A stretch of DNA of 64,000 nucleotides from an uncultured Planctomycetia bacterium (GCA_964629785.1 CAZVRU010000001.1:34018-98017), one strand, 5' to 3'. Shown: positions 9,954 to 18,921, numbered from the stretch's first letter. Notes: generated by a model from the sequence alone, not told the origin. Numbers and translations are program-made.

Positions 9954-9982
9954 ACCTTACCACGGAGCAAAAATGATGTCAA
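9954..9982 (-). promoter_or_regulatory. sigma70-like promoter (extended -10) for Na/Pi paralog 2
   Basis: On the minus strand: TTGACA (9982-9977), 17 nt spacer, TGgTAAGGT (-10 at 9959-9954). Confidence 0.4.
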
Positions 9983-10021
9983 GATATAAATAGCCGGAAC
10001 CGGGCGCCCGGGCAAAGGTAA

Positions 10022-11686
10022 TCAGCTCAGATCATGTTTATGAAGTTTCCAGCGCATTTTGCCGATCACGCCTTCGGCAATATTGGTAAGATGATCGCCG
10101 ATCTTCTCGAGATTATCGATAAAATCTATGAATACCACTCCGGCCCTGAGATCGCAGCACGCTTTGCCCAGGCGATCGACATGGGCTTTTTTCAGTTCTT
10201 TCTGAAGCAGGTTGATCTTCTTTTCCCGGGACAAAACGCTCTGAGCTGCCCGGATATCGTTCTTTTTCAAGGCGATCCGGGTCTCGATACACATGCTGTG
10301 CAGTTCGTTCCACATCAAAGTCGCTTCCTGAAGCGCTTCATCGCTGAACTGAAGCTTCTCATCGATGGCCCGCTCGGCAAGTTCGACTATATTTTCCGAA
10401 TGATCGCCGATCCGCTCGATATCGTTTACGCTGTGCAAAAGTACCGGTAATGATTCGGAATATTCCGGAGAAAGATTATTCTGAGACAGTTCGACCAGAT
10501 AACAGGTGATCTCAGACTGAAGGCTGTCCACTGCTTCCTCCAGTTCCGGGATCTGCTTGAACAATCCCGACTGCCTTTCCAGAAAACTTTTTACCGCAGT
10601 GGACACCGAGGTAGTGGCTAAACCGAGCATCCTCACCATTTCTTTAACTGCCTGTTCCAGAGCTATCGCCGGCGTATTCAAAAGATGGCGTTCCAGGAAC
10701 TGAGGTTTAAGTTCCACTGCCCCTTTCTTTTTCGGGACCAGAATAACAGTCGCTTTTTCGATAAATCCAAGAAAAGGCAGAAACACCAGCGTGTTGGTCA
10801 CATTAAAAACGCTATGGGCCACGGCAATATAAAACATAACATTTTTCAGTGTGATACTGCCGGGAATAAGCATATCCACTGCCTTGACAAACCAGCCGCT
10901 ATAAACAAAACCCAGCATATACGCAGTACCGATCACATTGAACAGAGTATGGGACATGGCCACCCGCCGGGCATTGGTATTGGCACCGGCTGCGGCGATC
11001 TGGGCAGTTATAGTGGTACCGATATTATCTCCCAGTATCAGCGGGATGGCTGCCGGGAAAGAGATCAATCCGTTAAAAGCCAGTACCTGGACAATAGCAA
11101 TGGTAGCGCTGGAACTCTGCAGAAGCATGGTGGCGACGGTTCCCACCAGCACTCCCAGAAGCGGATTGCGGGCAAAACTGACAAAAAGCTCCTGGAGATG
11201 GGGGCTGTCACGCAGCGGTTCAAAAGCGTCTTTCATCATGCTCAGGCCCAGAAACAGCATTCCGAAGCCCATCAGCACCTGGCCCCAGAAACGTACGCTC
11301 TTCCTCCTGGCGAAGGTCAAAGTAAAAAACCCGATACCGATAGCCGGCAAAGCATAATGCGTAATCTTGAACACCGACATCGAGGAGACAAGCCAGGCCG
11401 TAAAGGTGGTACCGATATTGGCGCCCATGATCACGCTGATAGCCTGGCGCAGAGAAACAAGGCCGGCATTGACAAAACCGATGACCATGATGCTGGTAGC
11501 GCTGGAAGACTGGATAAAACAGGTGACTGCCGCGCCGACCAGTACGGCTATCAGCGGGACTCTGGTCATCATATGCAGGATATTCTTCAGGCGGGTGCCG
11601 GCGATCTTTTTAAGACCGTCGGACATTGTCTGCATACCGTAAAAGAAAAGGCCTAATCCTCCGATAAGAAAAAATATAAGCTGCAT
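10022..11686 (-). CDS. Na/Pi cotransporter family protein with C-terminal PhoU-like repeats (paralog 1)
   Basis: MQLIFFLIGGLGLFFYGMQTMSDGLKKIAGTRLKNIL... It has the same architecture as 8175-9860. The ORF-track start at 11713 is a TTG codon, and ATG 11686 aligns with the paralog. Confidence 0.85.
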   Translation of the reverse strand: MQLIFFLIGGLGLFFYGMQTMSDGLKKIAGTRLKNILHMMTRVPLIAVLVGAAVTCFIQSSSATSIMVIGFVNAGLVSLRQAISVIMGANIGTTFTAWLVSSMSVFKITHYALPAIGIGFFTLTFARRKSVRFWGQVLMGFGMLFLGLSMMKDAFEPLRDSPHLQELFVSFARNPLLGVLVGTVATMLLQSSSATIAIVQVLAFNGLISFPAAIPLILGDNIGTTITAQIAAAGANTNARRVAMSHTLFNVIGTAYMLGFVYSGWFVKAVDMLIPGSITLKNVMFYIAVAHSVFNVTNTLVFLPFLGFIEKATVILVPKKKGAVELKPQFLERHLLNTPAIALEQAVKEMVRMLGLATTSVSTAVKSFLERQSGLFKQIPELEEAVDSLQSEITCYLVELSQNNLSPEYSESLPVLLHSVNDIERIGDHSENIVELAERAIDEKLQFSDEALQEATLMWNELHSMCIETRIALKKNDIRAAQSVLSREKKINLLQKELKKAHVDRLGKACCDLRAGVVFIDFIDNLEKIGDHLTNIAEGVIGKMRWKLHKHDLS

Positions 11687-11730
11687 GGTATCGCTGCTCT
11701 TTCCGGTCGGCAACTCAAGGCAGACCAGCT

Positions 11731-11759
11731 ACATTATCAAAAAGAAAAAACACTGTCAA
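11731..11759 (-). promoter_or_regulatory. sigma70-like promoter (extended -10) for Na/Pi paralog 1
   Basis: On the minus strand: TTGACA (11759-11754), 17 nt spacer, TGaTAATGT (-10 at 11736-11731). Confidence 0.5.
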
Positions 11760-11774
11760 CAGAAACTTTTCCCC

Positions 11775-12836
11775 TTATTCCGGAATAAACGCGGTCTTTT
11801 CGTCAAGGAGAAGTACAAATGCCGCCAGAAGCCGGGAAGCGTCTTCCAGATCCTGGAAACTGACCACTTCCACCGGTGTGTGCATATAGCGGTTGGGTAT
11901 GCTTACCAGACCGGTAGCCACTCCGGAACGGGTAAGCTGCATCACATTGGCGTCAGTACCGGTCGCCCGGGAAATAGCTTCGACCTGATAAGAAATCTTG
12001 TTCTCTTCGGCAGCCTTTATCAGAAGTTCGAATACCCTGGGATTGATGTTGGGGCCGCGGGCAATTACCGGTCCTTTACCCAGGCTGATATCACCGAACT
12101 TACGTTTGTTCATGCCGGGAAAATCAGTGGCAAAAGTGACGTCCACGGCTATACCTACTTCCGGCGCCAGGCCATAAGCGCTGGTCTTAGCGCCGCGCAG
12201 ACCGATCTCTTCCTGAACAGTGGCGACTCCGAACAGGGAAAACACCGGATTTTGACCGGAAAGCAGACGCAAAGTCTCGCTGACCACAAAAGCTCCGGCT
12301 TTATCATCAAATCCCCGCCCCACTGCTTTGCCGTCCTCAAGACTCTGAAAACCCACTGCCGGTACCGCGCAATCGCCCACACTGACCAGGGTCCTGGCCT
12401 GCTCCTCGTCTCTGGCCCCGATATCGATCCAGAGGTGATCAATATCCACTACTTTCTTCCTCTCTTCACTTTCCATGAGATGGACGGGCTTTTTACCCAC
12501 TACACCAAGAACTTTTCCTTTTCGGCCGTATACCCAGACTCTCTGACCGGGCACCAGATGAAGATCGATACAGCCGATGGTCGAGACAAAAAGATAACCT
12601 TTTTTATCGATATACTTGACCATATAGCCGACCTCGTCGATATGGCCGGCCAGCATTATCCGGCGCTGCCCTTTTTTATTGAGAACGGCTATACTGTTGC
12701 CGTGCGTGTCGGCATAGACCTCGTCGCAGAAAGTACGGTTTTTTTCTTTCCAGAGAGCGGCGGCCTCGGTTTCGAATCCGGAAGGGCTGGGAGTTTCAAT
12801 GAGTTTTTTTAAAAATTCCTGTGACTGTTCGTTCAT
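11775..12836 (-). CDS. M42 family metallopeptidase (FrvX / glutamyl-aminopeptidase-like)
   Basis: MNEQSQEFLKKLIETPSPSGFE..., LAGHIDEVGYMV, GRGFDDKAG, QEEIGLRGA. The start is moved from 12908 to ATG 12836, which has an AAGGAG sequence 5 nt upstream and leaves the upstream gene unoverlapped. Confidence 0.85.
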   Translation of the reverse strand: MNEQSQEFLKKLIETPSPSGFETEAAALWKEKNRTFCDEVYADTHGNSIAVLNKKGQRRIMLAGHIDEVGYMVKYIDKKGYLFVSTIGCIDLHLVPGQRVWVYGRKGKVLGVVGKKPVHLMESEERKKVVDIDHLWIDIGARDEEQARTLVSVGDCAVPAVGFQSLEDGKAVGRGFDDKAGAFVVSETLRLLSGQNPVFSLFGVATVQEEIGLRGAKTSAYGLAPEVGIAVDVTFATDFPGMNKRKFGDISLGKGPVIARGPNINPRVFELLIKAAEENKISYQVEAISRATGTDANVMQLTRSGVATGLVSIPNRYMHTPVEVVSFQDLEDASRLLAAFVLLLDEKTAFIPE

Positions 12837-12888
12837 ACTTACTCCTTTTTGACTGTTTGCAGGACAGGCGGTCCCGCATCTTTTTTCT

Positions 12889-13728
12889 TCACCCCTCCAT
12901 GGCCGCAATATGCTGGCTGACTGCCTGGCGAAGGCCGTGATCGACCGAACCGGCTATTCTGCAGCGGGAGAGGACATGACCTGCGATGGCATCGACATCC
13001 CTGGTCTGCCGGTATTTTTCCTTTACTGCTTTATCGATCTTATCCAGGACAGACAGGGCTTCTTTGACCAAATCACGATCAGTCTTTTTGATCAGGCCCG
13101 AATAGGAAGAAAAATAATAATCGCATTGAAATTCAGTCAACTGTCTAAGTGTATGTTTCAGACCGGCCAGATCAGTATAATCGGGTTTTTGTCCCTTTTC
13201 GATAAGGGCCCCGCCGGTAACCAGCATTTTATTCTTCTCCAGAAAAAGGGAAATCGCATCAGCCGATCTTCCCGGAGTATACAATACCATCGCCGTCTCT
13301 CCTCCCAGAAGCAATTTCTGTCTGTCCTGGAGTCCCAGGGCTCCGCGGATATCTCCGGAAACCAGTTTCAGATGTCCGATACGATAATTATGCCTGGTCT
13401 GAACAGCGATATCTTCGATAGCCGGGATCGCTTCGGGATGAGCGTAAAAAGTGAGGTTGCGGTTCTTTTCCTGAAGGCTGAAATTATTGCCGATATGGCA
13501 GGGATGACTGTCGGTGTTGAGTACGCAATCAAGTGTCGAACAGATGATCCCGGCTTCCGACAAAAGAGCATTCAGATCTTTCCCGGCCGGAGCCACACCG
13601 GTATTTACAAGTATTTTTTTCGCATAAGCGAGCAGAAGACAATAGCAATGGCCGGGCAGAGAACGACCCTGCAGCAAAGGGATCGAATATTCCATGCGGG
13701 AATAAAATATTTTTTCTTTGAACTTCAT
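12889..13728 (-). CDS. MBL-fold (metallo-beta-lactamase-like) protein with substituted metal-ligand motifs
   Basis: 279 aa. MBL-like landmarks are present but degenerate: VNTG, TDSHPCH in place of THxHxDH, YTPGRS in place of TPGH, and VTGGAL in place of GD. Confidence 0.5.
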   Translation of the reverse strand: MKFKEKIFYSRMEYSIPLLQGRSLPGHCYCLLLAYAKKILVNTGVAPAGKDLNALLSEAGIICSTLDCVLNTDSHPCHIGNNFSLQEKNRNLTFYAHPEAIPAIEDIAVQTRHNYRIGHLKLVSGDIRGALGLQDRQKLLLGGETAMVLYTPGRSADAISLFLEKNKMLVTGGALIEKGQKPDYTDLAGLKHTLRQLTEFQCDYYFSSYSGLIKKTDRDLVKEALSVLDKIDKAVKEKYRQTRDVDAIAGHVLSRCRIAGSVDHGLRQAVSQHIAAMEG

Positions 13729-13754
13729 TATGCCGTTTTCCGATAACCGGTCAC

Positions 13755-14858
13755 TCAGCGAACATCCTTCTTTCTAAAGATCCTGCTCAGGGGATCCACG
13801 GCAGTGAACACGCTCTTGGCTTCCGGCGGCATCGTCTCTGATTTACCGATGATCAGATATCCGTCCTGGTTCAAAGCATTATAAAATTTATCCAGGATCT
13901 GTTCCTGAAGAGGTTTGGTGAAATAGATAAATACATTGCGGCAAAGGATCAGATCCGCATTACTGATATAAGGAGAGGAGGTCAGGTCCAGATACTGGAA
14001 TTTTACCATGGACTTTAAGCGGTCACTGACGCAGTAACAATCGCCTTTCAGGGAAAACCAGTCAAGAACACTGGTCAGACTATTACTGCCTTCGGCATGT
14101 TCGATTGCTTTGTCGATGATCGTCCCGTTGTACTCTCCTTTCCGGGCTATCTCCAGGCATCCCCGGTCCACGTCAGTGGCATGGATAGTACAGGGCTGGG
14201 TCAATTCCGGACAACCTCTGACCAGCATGGCCAGAGAATAAGGTTCCTGCCCCCGGGCGCAGCCTGCGCTCCAGATGGTCAGCGGCCGGGAAACCCGGTT
14301 GGAAAGAGAAACAAGTTCTTTAATGATCTTTTCAATCACTTTCCAGACTTCGGGATCCCGGAAAAAATCAGAGACATTTATGGTCAGCACATTGAACAAT
14401 TTTTCATACTCGCCCGGATCGGCATGAAGTATCCGCAGATAATCGACATAGGATCGCGCGCCGCTGGCTACCAGGCGCAAAGCGAAACGGCGTTTAAGGA
14501 TATTCCTGAAATACTGGCTGAAATCCACGCCTCTGTCCCTGCGTATCTGCTCGAGCAGATGGTCGAAGGCATTTTCCTGATCTTCTTCCAGAGGATGGGG
14601 AGGATTGGTACTTACATATTCGATCGTTTTTTTGATCGCCGCGTATATAGCCCCGGAATGCTCTTTGACCAGACAGGACTGGATCGACAGCAACCGAGGA
14701 GAATCGCTGTCGGCATAACAGGGCGGGAAAGCCGTCACCAGTCGCACCAGCATAGTCTGACGGCACTGCTGGCAGGTACAGATATCGAACTTCAAAGCCA
14801 GACTTCTTTCCAGAAAATCAGCCAGAACCAGCTCCATTACATTTATCTGTCTGCCCAT
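13755..14858 (-). CDS. cheR: CheR-type protein-glutamate O-methyltransferase with an extra N-terminal ComFB-like domain
   Basis: 367 aa. Residues ~1-90 (nt ~14583-14858) carry the ComFB pattern DICTCQQCRQTMLVRLVTAFPPCY. Then follow a CheR N-domain (FSQYFRNILKRRFALRL...YLRIL) and a SAM-methyltransferase domain (FFRDPEVW, IWSAGCARGQEPYSLAM, ILCRNVFIYF). Confidence 0.8.
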   Translation of the reverse strand: MGRQINVMELVLADFLERSLALKFDICTCQQCRQTMLVRLVTAFPPCYADSDSPRLLSIQSCLVKEHSGAIYAAIKKTIEYVSTNPPHPLEEDQENAFDHLLEQIRRDRGVDFSQYFRNILKRRFALRLVASGARSYVDYLRILHADPGEYEKLFNVLTINVSDFFRDPEVWKVIEKIIKELVSLSNRVSRPLTIWSAGCARGQEPYSLAMLVRGCPELTQPCTIHATDVDRGCLEIARKGEYNGTIIDKAIEHAEGSNSLTSVLDWFSLKGDCYCVSDRLKSMVKFQYLDLTSSPYISNADLILCRNVFIYFTKPLQEQILDKFYNALNQDGYLIIGKSETMPPEAKSVFTAVDPLSRIFRKKDVR

Positions 14859-14906
14859 CGAAATCCTGCCTCTCTCGACTACGACCGTTCAAATATTATT
14901 TTTATT

Positions 14907-14935
14907 ATTATACCGTTTCGGCTCAAAACACCCAA
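14907..14935 (-). promoter_or_regulatory. Possible sigma70-like promoter for the cheR-MBL-M42 unit
   Basis: On the minus strand: TTGGGT (14935-14930), 17 nt spacer, TATAAT (14912-14907). Confidence 0.35.
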
Positions 14936-14973
14936 CAAAAATATCCTGCGGCAGACAGTTTTTCCGGACAAAG

Positions 14974-14998
14974 AAAAAGCCGGTCTTATCTGACAGGC
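14974..14998 (-). terminator. Probable intrinsic terminator after the glnA / GAF-ANTAR unit
   Basis: On the minus strand: GCCTGTC-agataa-GACCGGC (7-bp stem with one mismatch), followed by TTTTTCTTT. Confidence 0.5.
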
Positions 14999-15034
14999 TT
15001 CATTTGATAAAAAGAAACGGGAAAAATAAAGAAA

Positions 15035-15730
15035 TTATCTGATATCCGAGGAAAGGATTATCGCTTCAGCGACTTCTTTCATGGGCAGGCGCTTGTTCAT
15101 ACTGGTCTTACGGATAAGGGTATAGGCTTCGTCTTCGGAAAGACCCCGCTGTTTCATCAGAATACCTTTGGCCTTTTCTGTTTTTTTGCGGGCCTCCAGC
15201 TCTTCCTGGACGATCTGCGACTGGACCATCAGCTCGGTATTCTCTATGGCCACGGCAGCCTGATTGGCAACCATACTGAGCAGATCTTTGTCGTTCCTGG
15301 TGAATTTATACGGCTCGGTAGTATAGCAGTTGATCACTCCCACTACCTTTTTTTTCACCATCATCGGAACACTGAGCATCGAAGCCAGACCTAATTTTTT
15401 AGCCAGTTCTTTTTCCTTGTAATCGTCTTCGGCCAGAACGTCCTGAATGGCCATTACCTTCTTTTTTTTGGCAACCTTGCCGACGACCCCTTCTCCCACT
15501 TTCAATATCCGCTCTTTCAGATATTCTTTGTCCATGGCCTGAGTGGCACGGATGCGCAGGCTTTGAGTCTGCTCATCCACCAGCCAGAGAGAACATATCT
15601 CGGCCTTCATCACATTGGCAGTAAGCGTGACGACCAGTTTCAGCACATCTTCCAGATAAAGGTCGCTGGTGATCGCTTTACTGATCTTGCCCAGGGTATC
15701 GATATAAGCCTTGTAAGAAGAGATCCTCAT
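15035..15730 (-). CDS. GAF plus ANTAR domain RNA-binding antitermination-type regulator
   Basis: 231 aa. The N-terminal half is GAF-like. The C-terminus has an ANTAR pattern: ELEARKKTEKAKGILMKQRGLSEDEAYTLIRKTSMNKRLPMKEVAEAII. Confidence 0.8.
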   Translation of the reverse strand: MRISSYKAYIDTLGKISKAITSDLYLEDVLKLVVTLTANVMKAEICSLWLVDEQTQSLRIRATQAMDKEYLKERILKVGEGVVGKVAKKKKVMAIQDVLAEDDYKEKELAKKLGLASMLSVPMMVKKKVVGVINCYTTEPYKFTRNDKDLLSMVANQAAVAIENTELMVQSQIVQEELEARKKTEKAKGILMKQRGLSEDEAYTLIRKTSMNKRLPMKEVAEAIILSSDIR

Positions 15731-15754
15731 CGTGTCGAAAAGTGAAACGTTTGC

Positions 15755-17089
15755 TTAAAGTATCGGTAAATAGGTACTGATCTCGTATTCATGTACCCGT
15801 TTACGGTATTCGTCCCATTCTATTTTTTTGCTGGCGATAAGATTGGAAAAGGTATGTTCCCCCAGGGTCGTTTTCAGCAGATCGCTTTTCTCGGCTATCT
15901 CGATCGACTCGATCAAACTGCCGGGAAGCAGATCTATCCCCATATCGATCATTTCCTGATAGCTGAGGTGATAAACGTCCCGTTCAGTGGCTTCGGGAAG
16001 CATTTCTTTATCGTCAATGCCTTTCAGGCCGGCGGCAAGCATACTGGCAAAAGCCAGATAAGGGTTGCAGGCCGGATCAGGCGAACGGAATTCGATACGG
16101 GTAGCATTTTCTTTTCCCGGTTTATAAATCGGTACCCTGACCAGAGTGCTGCGGTTACGCCGGCCCCAGCAGACATATACCGGCGCTTCGTAACCGGGAA
16201 CCAGACGCTTATAGGAATTAACCCACTGGTTGCAGACCAGAGTTATTTCCCGGGAATATTTAAGCAGACCGGCGACATAAGCTTTTGCTTCCGGAGAAAG
16301 GAAGGCCTGATCCTCGGGATCGAAAAAGGCATTGCTGTTGCCCCGGAACAAAGACTGATGAACATGCATACCGCTGCCGCACACTCCATATACCGGTTTG
16401 GGCATGAAAGTGGCATAAAACCCGTGCTTCTGGGCTATCTCTTTTACCACCATCCGGTAGACCATGACTATATCGGCCATGTTCAAAGCTTCTGTATAGC
16501 GCAGATCTATCTCATGCTGAGAAGGCGCGACCTCGTGATGCGAATATTCCACATGAATACCCATCTGTTCCAGAGTAAGGATTATCTCCCGGCGCACTTC
16601 GTTCCCGGCATCAAGGGTCGTAATATCGAAATATCCTCCCTCATCCAGCATCTGGGTCGATTTTTCGTCTTTGAAAATAAAAAATTCCAATTCCGGACCG
16701 ATATAATAATCATAACCTTTATCCTTGGCCTGCTGCAGTATCTTTTTAAAAATAAACCGCGAGTCTCCCTGATAGGGGGTGCGATCGACATTAAGAATAT
16801 CGCAAAGCATTCCGGCCACGGCTTTTTCTCTGGGACGATAAGGTAGCAGGGTAAACGTCGAAGGATCAGGCATGGCGATCATGTCTGATTCGTCGATGCG
16901 GGCAAACCCCCTTATCGATGAACCGTCGAATCCCATTCCTTCTTCCAGGGCCGATTCCAGTTCTTCTTTGGTGATCGTAAACCCCTTCATCTGGCCGGTG
17001 ATGTCGGCAAACCAGAGGCGGATGAATTTTACGTCATTTTCCTTTACCAGACGCAGGATATCTTTTTTGGAATAATTTTTTCCGTTCAT
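15755..17089 (-). CDS. glnA: Glutamine synthetase, type I (short, 444 aa)
   Basis: FIRLWFADITGQMKGF, GFDGSSIRGF, YYIGPELEFF, HHEVAPSQHEID, GSGMHVHQSL. An AAGGAG Shine-Dalgarno sequence is present. Confidence 0.95.
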   Translation of the reverse strand: MNGKNYSKKDILRLVKENDVKFIRLWFADITGQMKGFTITKEELESALEEGMGFDGSSIRGFARIDESDMIAMPDPSTFTLLPYRPREKAVAGMLCDILNVDRTPYQGDSRFIFKKILQQAKDKGYDYYIGPELEFFIFKDEKSTQMLDEGGYFDITTLDAGNEVRREIILTLEQMGIHVEYSHHEVAPSQHEIDLRYTEALNMADIVMVYRMVVKEIAQKHGFYATFMPKPVYGVCGSGMHVHQSLFRGNSNAFFDPEDQAFLSPEAKAYVAGLLKYSREITLVCNQWVNSYKRLVPGYEAPVYVCWGRRNRSTLVRVPIYKPGKENATRIEFRSPDPACNPYLAFASMLAAGLKGIDDKEMLPEATERDVYHLSYQEMIDMGIDLLPGSLIESIEIAEKSDLLKTTLGEHTFSNLIASKKIEWDEYRKRVHEYEISTYLPIL

Positions 17090-17149
17090 ATTAACTCCTT
17101 GTTACACGGCGGTCAATGAAACGCTCTATTTATTTTATCAGAAAATAAT

Positions 17150-17158
17150 ATTTTAGCA
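17150..17158 (-). promoter_or_regulatory. Possible extended -10 promoter for glnA
   Basis: On the minus strand: TGcTAAAAT (17158-17150). No good -35 element was found. Confidence 0.3.
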
Positions 17159-17219
17159 ACTATATGCCTAACCTGCTGCAAGACAAAATGTTACACAAAA
17201 AACAATGCAGGCGTAATAC

Positions 17220-17798
17220 TCAGGGATGGGCCTGGCCGGTTACTTTCTGCACATGAAAATGAACATAACCGCAAAGTGCCTGCCGGACCGTGGAAGGCGG
17301 CGGCACAGTGAAATAATTGGCGATCAAGGCCTGGGAAAGCTGATCAGTCAGTGTCCAGAGAGACAGCTGATCTTCAGCCAGATAAATAGTATTGGTCTGA
17401 GCCACATAAAGAGATGCTTCCCGGCAGGGACGGTCATAATAGGACCGGCTGAGTCCGTCGATATCCTCCTGGCCGGAGACAATGGTAATCGTCCCCTTAT
17501 ATTCGTACTCATGAATATCGAGAAGATCGGCTACTTCGAGCAGGATAGAATCGAGAGTCCTGCCCAGCAAAGTATGAATGTCCCGGCTGCCGGCCTGAAA
17601 AATATCGTCGGGCCTCAGAAAATGTTCATAATGAAGTTTTTCCAGGAAAAGATCAAGATTCATTCCGGCAGGGGCATTGATAGTAAAGTATTTCGACTGG
17701 ACGACCAGGGGCAAAGAAGTCCCCTCGGCTGCTGCCGGAGGCAGGAAAATATTCGCTGCCAGGATCATGCTTAACAAAACGACAACTGTTCTGTTCAT
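17220..17798 (-). CDS. Secreted or periplasmic protein of unknown function
   Basis: 192 aa with a signal peptide (MNRTVVVLLSMILAANIFLPPAAAEG). Its ATG overlaps the upstream stop (ATGA at 17795-17798). I recognise no family. Confidence 0.6.
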   Translation of the reverse strand: MNRTVVVLLSMILAANIFLPPAAAEGTSLPLVVQSKYFTINAPAGMNLDLFLEKLHYEHFLRPDDIFQAGSRDIHTLLGRTLDSILLEVADLLDIHEYEYKGTITIVSGQEDIDGLSRSYYDRPCREASLYVAQTNTIYLAEDQLSLWTLTDQLSQALIANYFTVPPPSTVRQALCGYVHFHVQKVTGQAHP

Positions 17799-18364
17799 AC
17801 CTTGAAAAAATCCAGTGAAGTATTTATCTGTTCAGCCAGGGACGATGCTTCGCTTTTACGTTCTTCCCGCAGGGAAAGATTATCCTCTTTCAGATAAGCA
17901 TAAAGACGGCCCCATTTTTCTTTGGTCTCGCTTTGCGTATTACGGACCGCCGAAGCCATTTCTTCCAGACTCCGGGCGATGTTCTGAAGCTGGTCATCGC
18001 CGCGGATATGAAAATCGGCAGCCAGATCACCCCGGGCCATTTTATCCACTTCTCTTTTCAGCCGGAACAAAGGCCCGGAAATCTTGTGCGAGGAAAAAAG
18101 AGTCAGAAAAAGGACTGCCGCCGCCGAAAAGACCGATACGATTATCAGGACCATGATCATTGCCGGCATGATAAAATCGGCCGTACGTTTGACCACCACC
18201 TGGGTATTTTCTATGGCCACGGTAGTGGAACCGCGGGAAAATAAAAACAGCCCTCCGCCTATCAACAGAGAAGAAACAATTACCAGCAGGCCGAATTTAA
18301 GTATAAAACCTGTCTGAAAATGGCGGTCGATAAAATAAGTTTTCCGTGCGTATTTCTTTTCCAT
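17795..18364 (-). CDS. Membrane protein with two TM segments and a HAMP domain but no recognisable output domain
   Basis: 189 aa. TM1 is LLVIVSSLLIGGGLFLF and TM2 is IMVLIIVSVFSAAAVLFLTLF. The HAMP-like segment is ISGPLFRLKREVDKMARGDLAADFHIRGDDQLQNIARSLEEM, followed by a short helical tail. Confidence 0.65.
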   Translation of the reverse strand: MEKKYARKTYFIDRHFQTGFILKFGLLVIVSSLLIGGGLFLFSRGSTTVAIENTQVVVKRTADFIMPAMIMVLIIVSVFSAAAVLFLTLFSSHKISGPLFRLKREVDKMARGDLAADFHIRGDDQLQNIARSLEEMASAVRNTQSETKEKWGRLYAYLKEDNLSLREERKSEASSLAEQINTSLDFFKV

Positions 18365-18378
18365 GTCTGCCTCCGCTT

Positions 18379-18921
18379 TTACTGGGCATCAAGGCCCAAT
18401 TGTTCGAAATCGATATGGACGGAAGCGCCTTCCCGCAATGAAGAGCTCCATTGCTCGATAGCCTGGCGCTGTTTTTCCTTGAACAGGATCAATTTTATTT
18501 CGCCGCGCGACTCGGATAAAGACCGTTCGCTGAAGAAAGCTTTATTCTTGACATAATATTCGCTGATCTCGTTAGCGCTGACCTTCAATCCTCCGGTGAT
18601 CTCGTCCATTTTTTTCGCGATCACCAGTTTGAGCAGGGATTGTTCCCAGAATAACTGAAGAGAGCTTAAAAAATCCGGGTCCTTGTCCAGGCCCATCTTT
18701 TCCGCTTCCAGCAACATCAATTTCCGGGCGATAAAAGCATCGAGGAATTCTTTTTTCTTAAGCGGATCGTTTTGAGGAATCTGAGCCCGGGCCAGAGCTG
18801 TCTCGAATTCTTCGGCCGAAACTCTGACCGGACCTATCTCTATAGCCGCCTGGCGCGGCGAAAACCAGGTCCAACCGGCACAAAAGATCACTGCGGCCAG
18901 AATAAAAGCTGTATTACGCAT
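18379..18921 (-). CDS. SurA/PpiD N-terminal-domain-like periplasmic chaperone (no PPIase domain)
   Basis: 180 aa with an N-terminal signal or anchor (MRNTAFILAAVIFCAGW). Helical chaperone-like pattern: EEFETAL...KKEFLDAFIARKLMLLEAEKMGLDKDPDF. A GGAGG Shine-Dalgarno sequence is present. Confidence 0.55.
   Translation of the reverse strand: MRNTAFILAAVIFCAGWTWFSPRQAAIEIGPVRVSAEEFETALARAQIPQNDPLKKKEFLDAFIARKLMLLEAEKMGLDKDPDFLSSLQLFWEQSLLKLVIAKKMDEITGGLKVSANEISEYYVKNKAFFSERSLSESRGEIKLILFKEKQRQAIEQWSSSLREGASVHIDFEQLGLDAQ

Noticed and set aside
9983-10021. The GC palindrome ccgggcgcccgg between the two Na/Pi paralogs, considered as a terminator.
   Set aside because: It is a loop-less palindrome without a following T-run. 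It cannot be distinguished from chance or a restriction-site-like sequence.
17155-17168. A sigma54-like GGCAT-N4-TTGCT element upstream of glnA.
   Set aside because: The GG-to-GC spacing is one nucleotide short of the invariant register. The TTGC is better read as part of an extended -10 (TGcTAAAAT).
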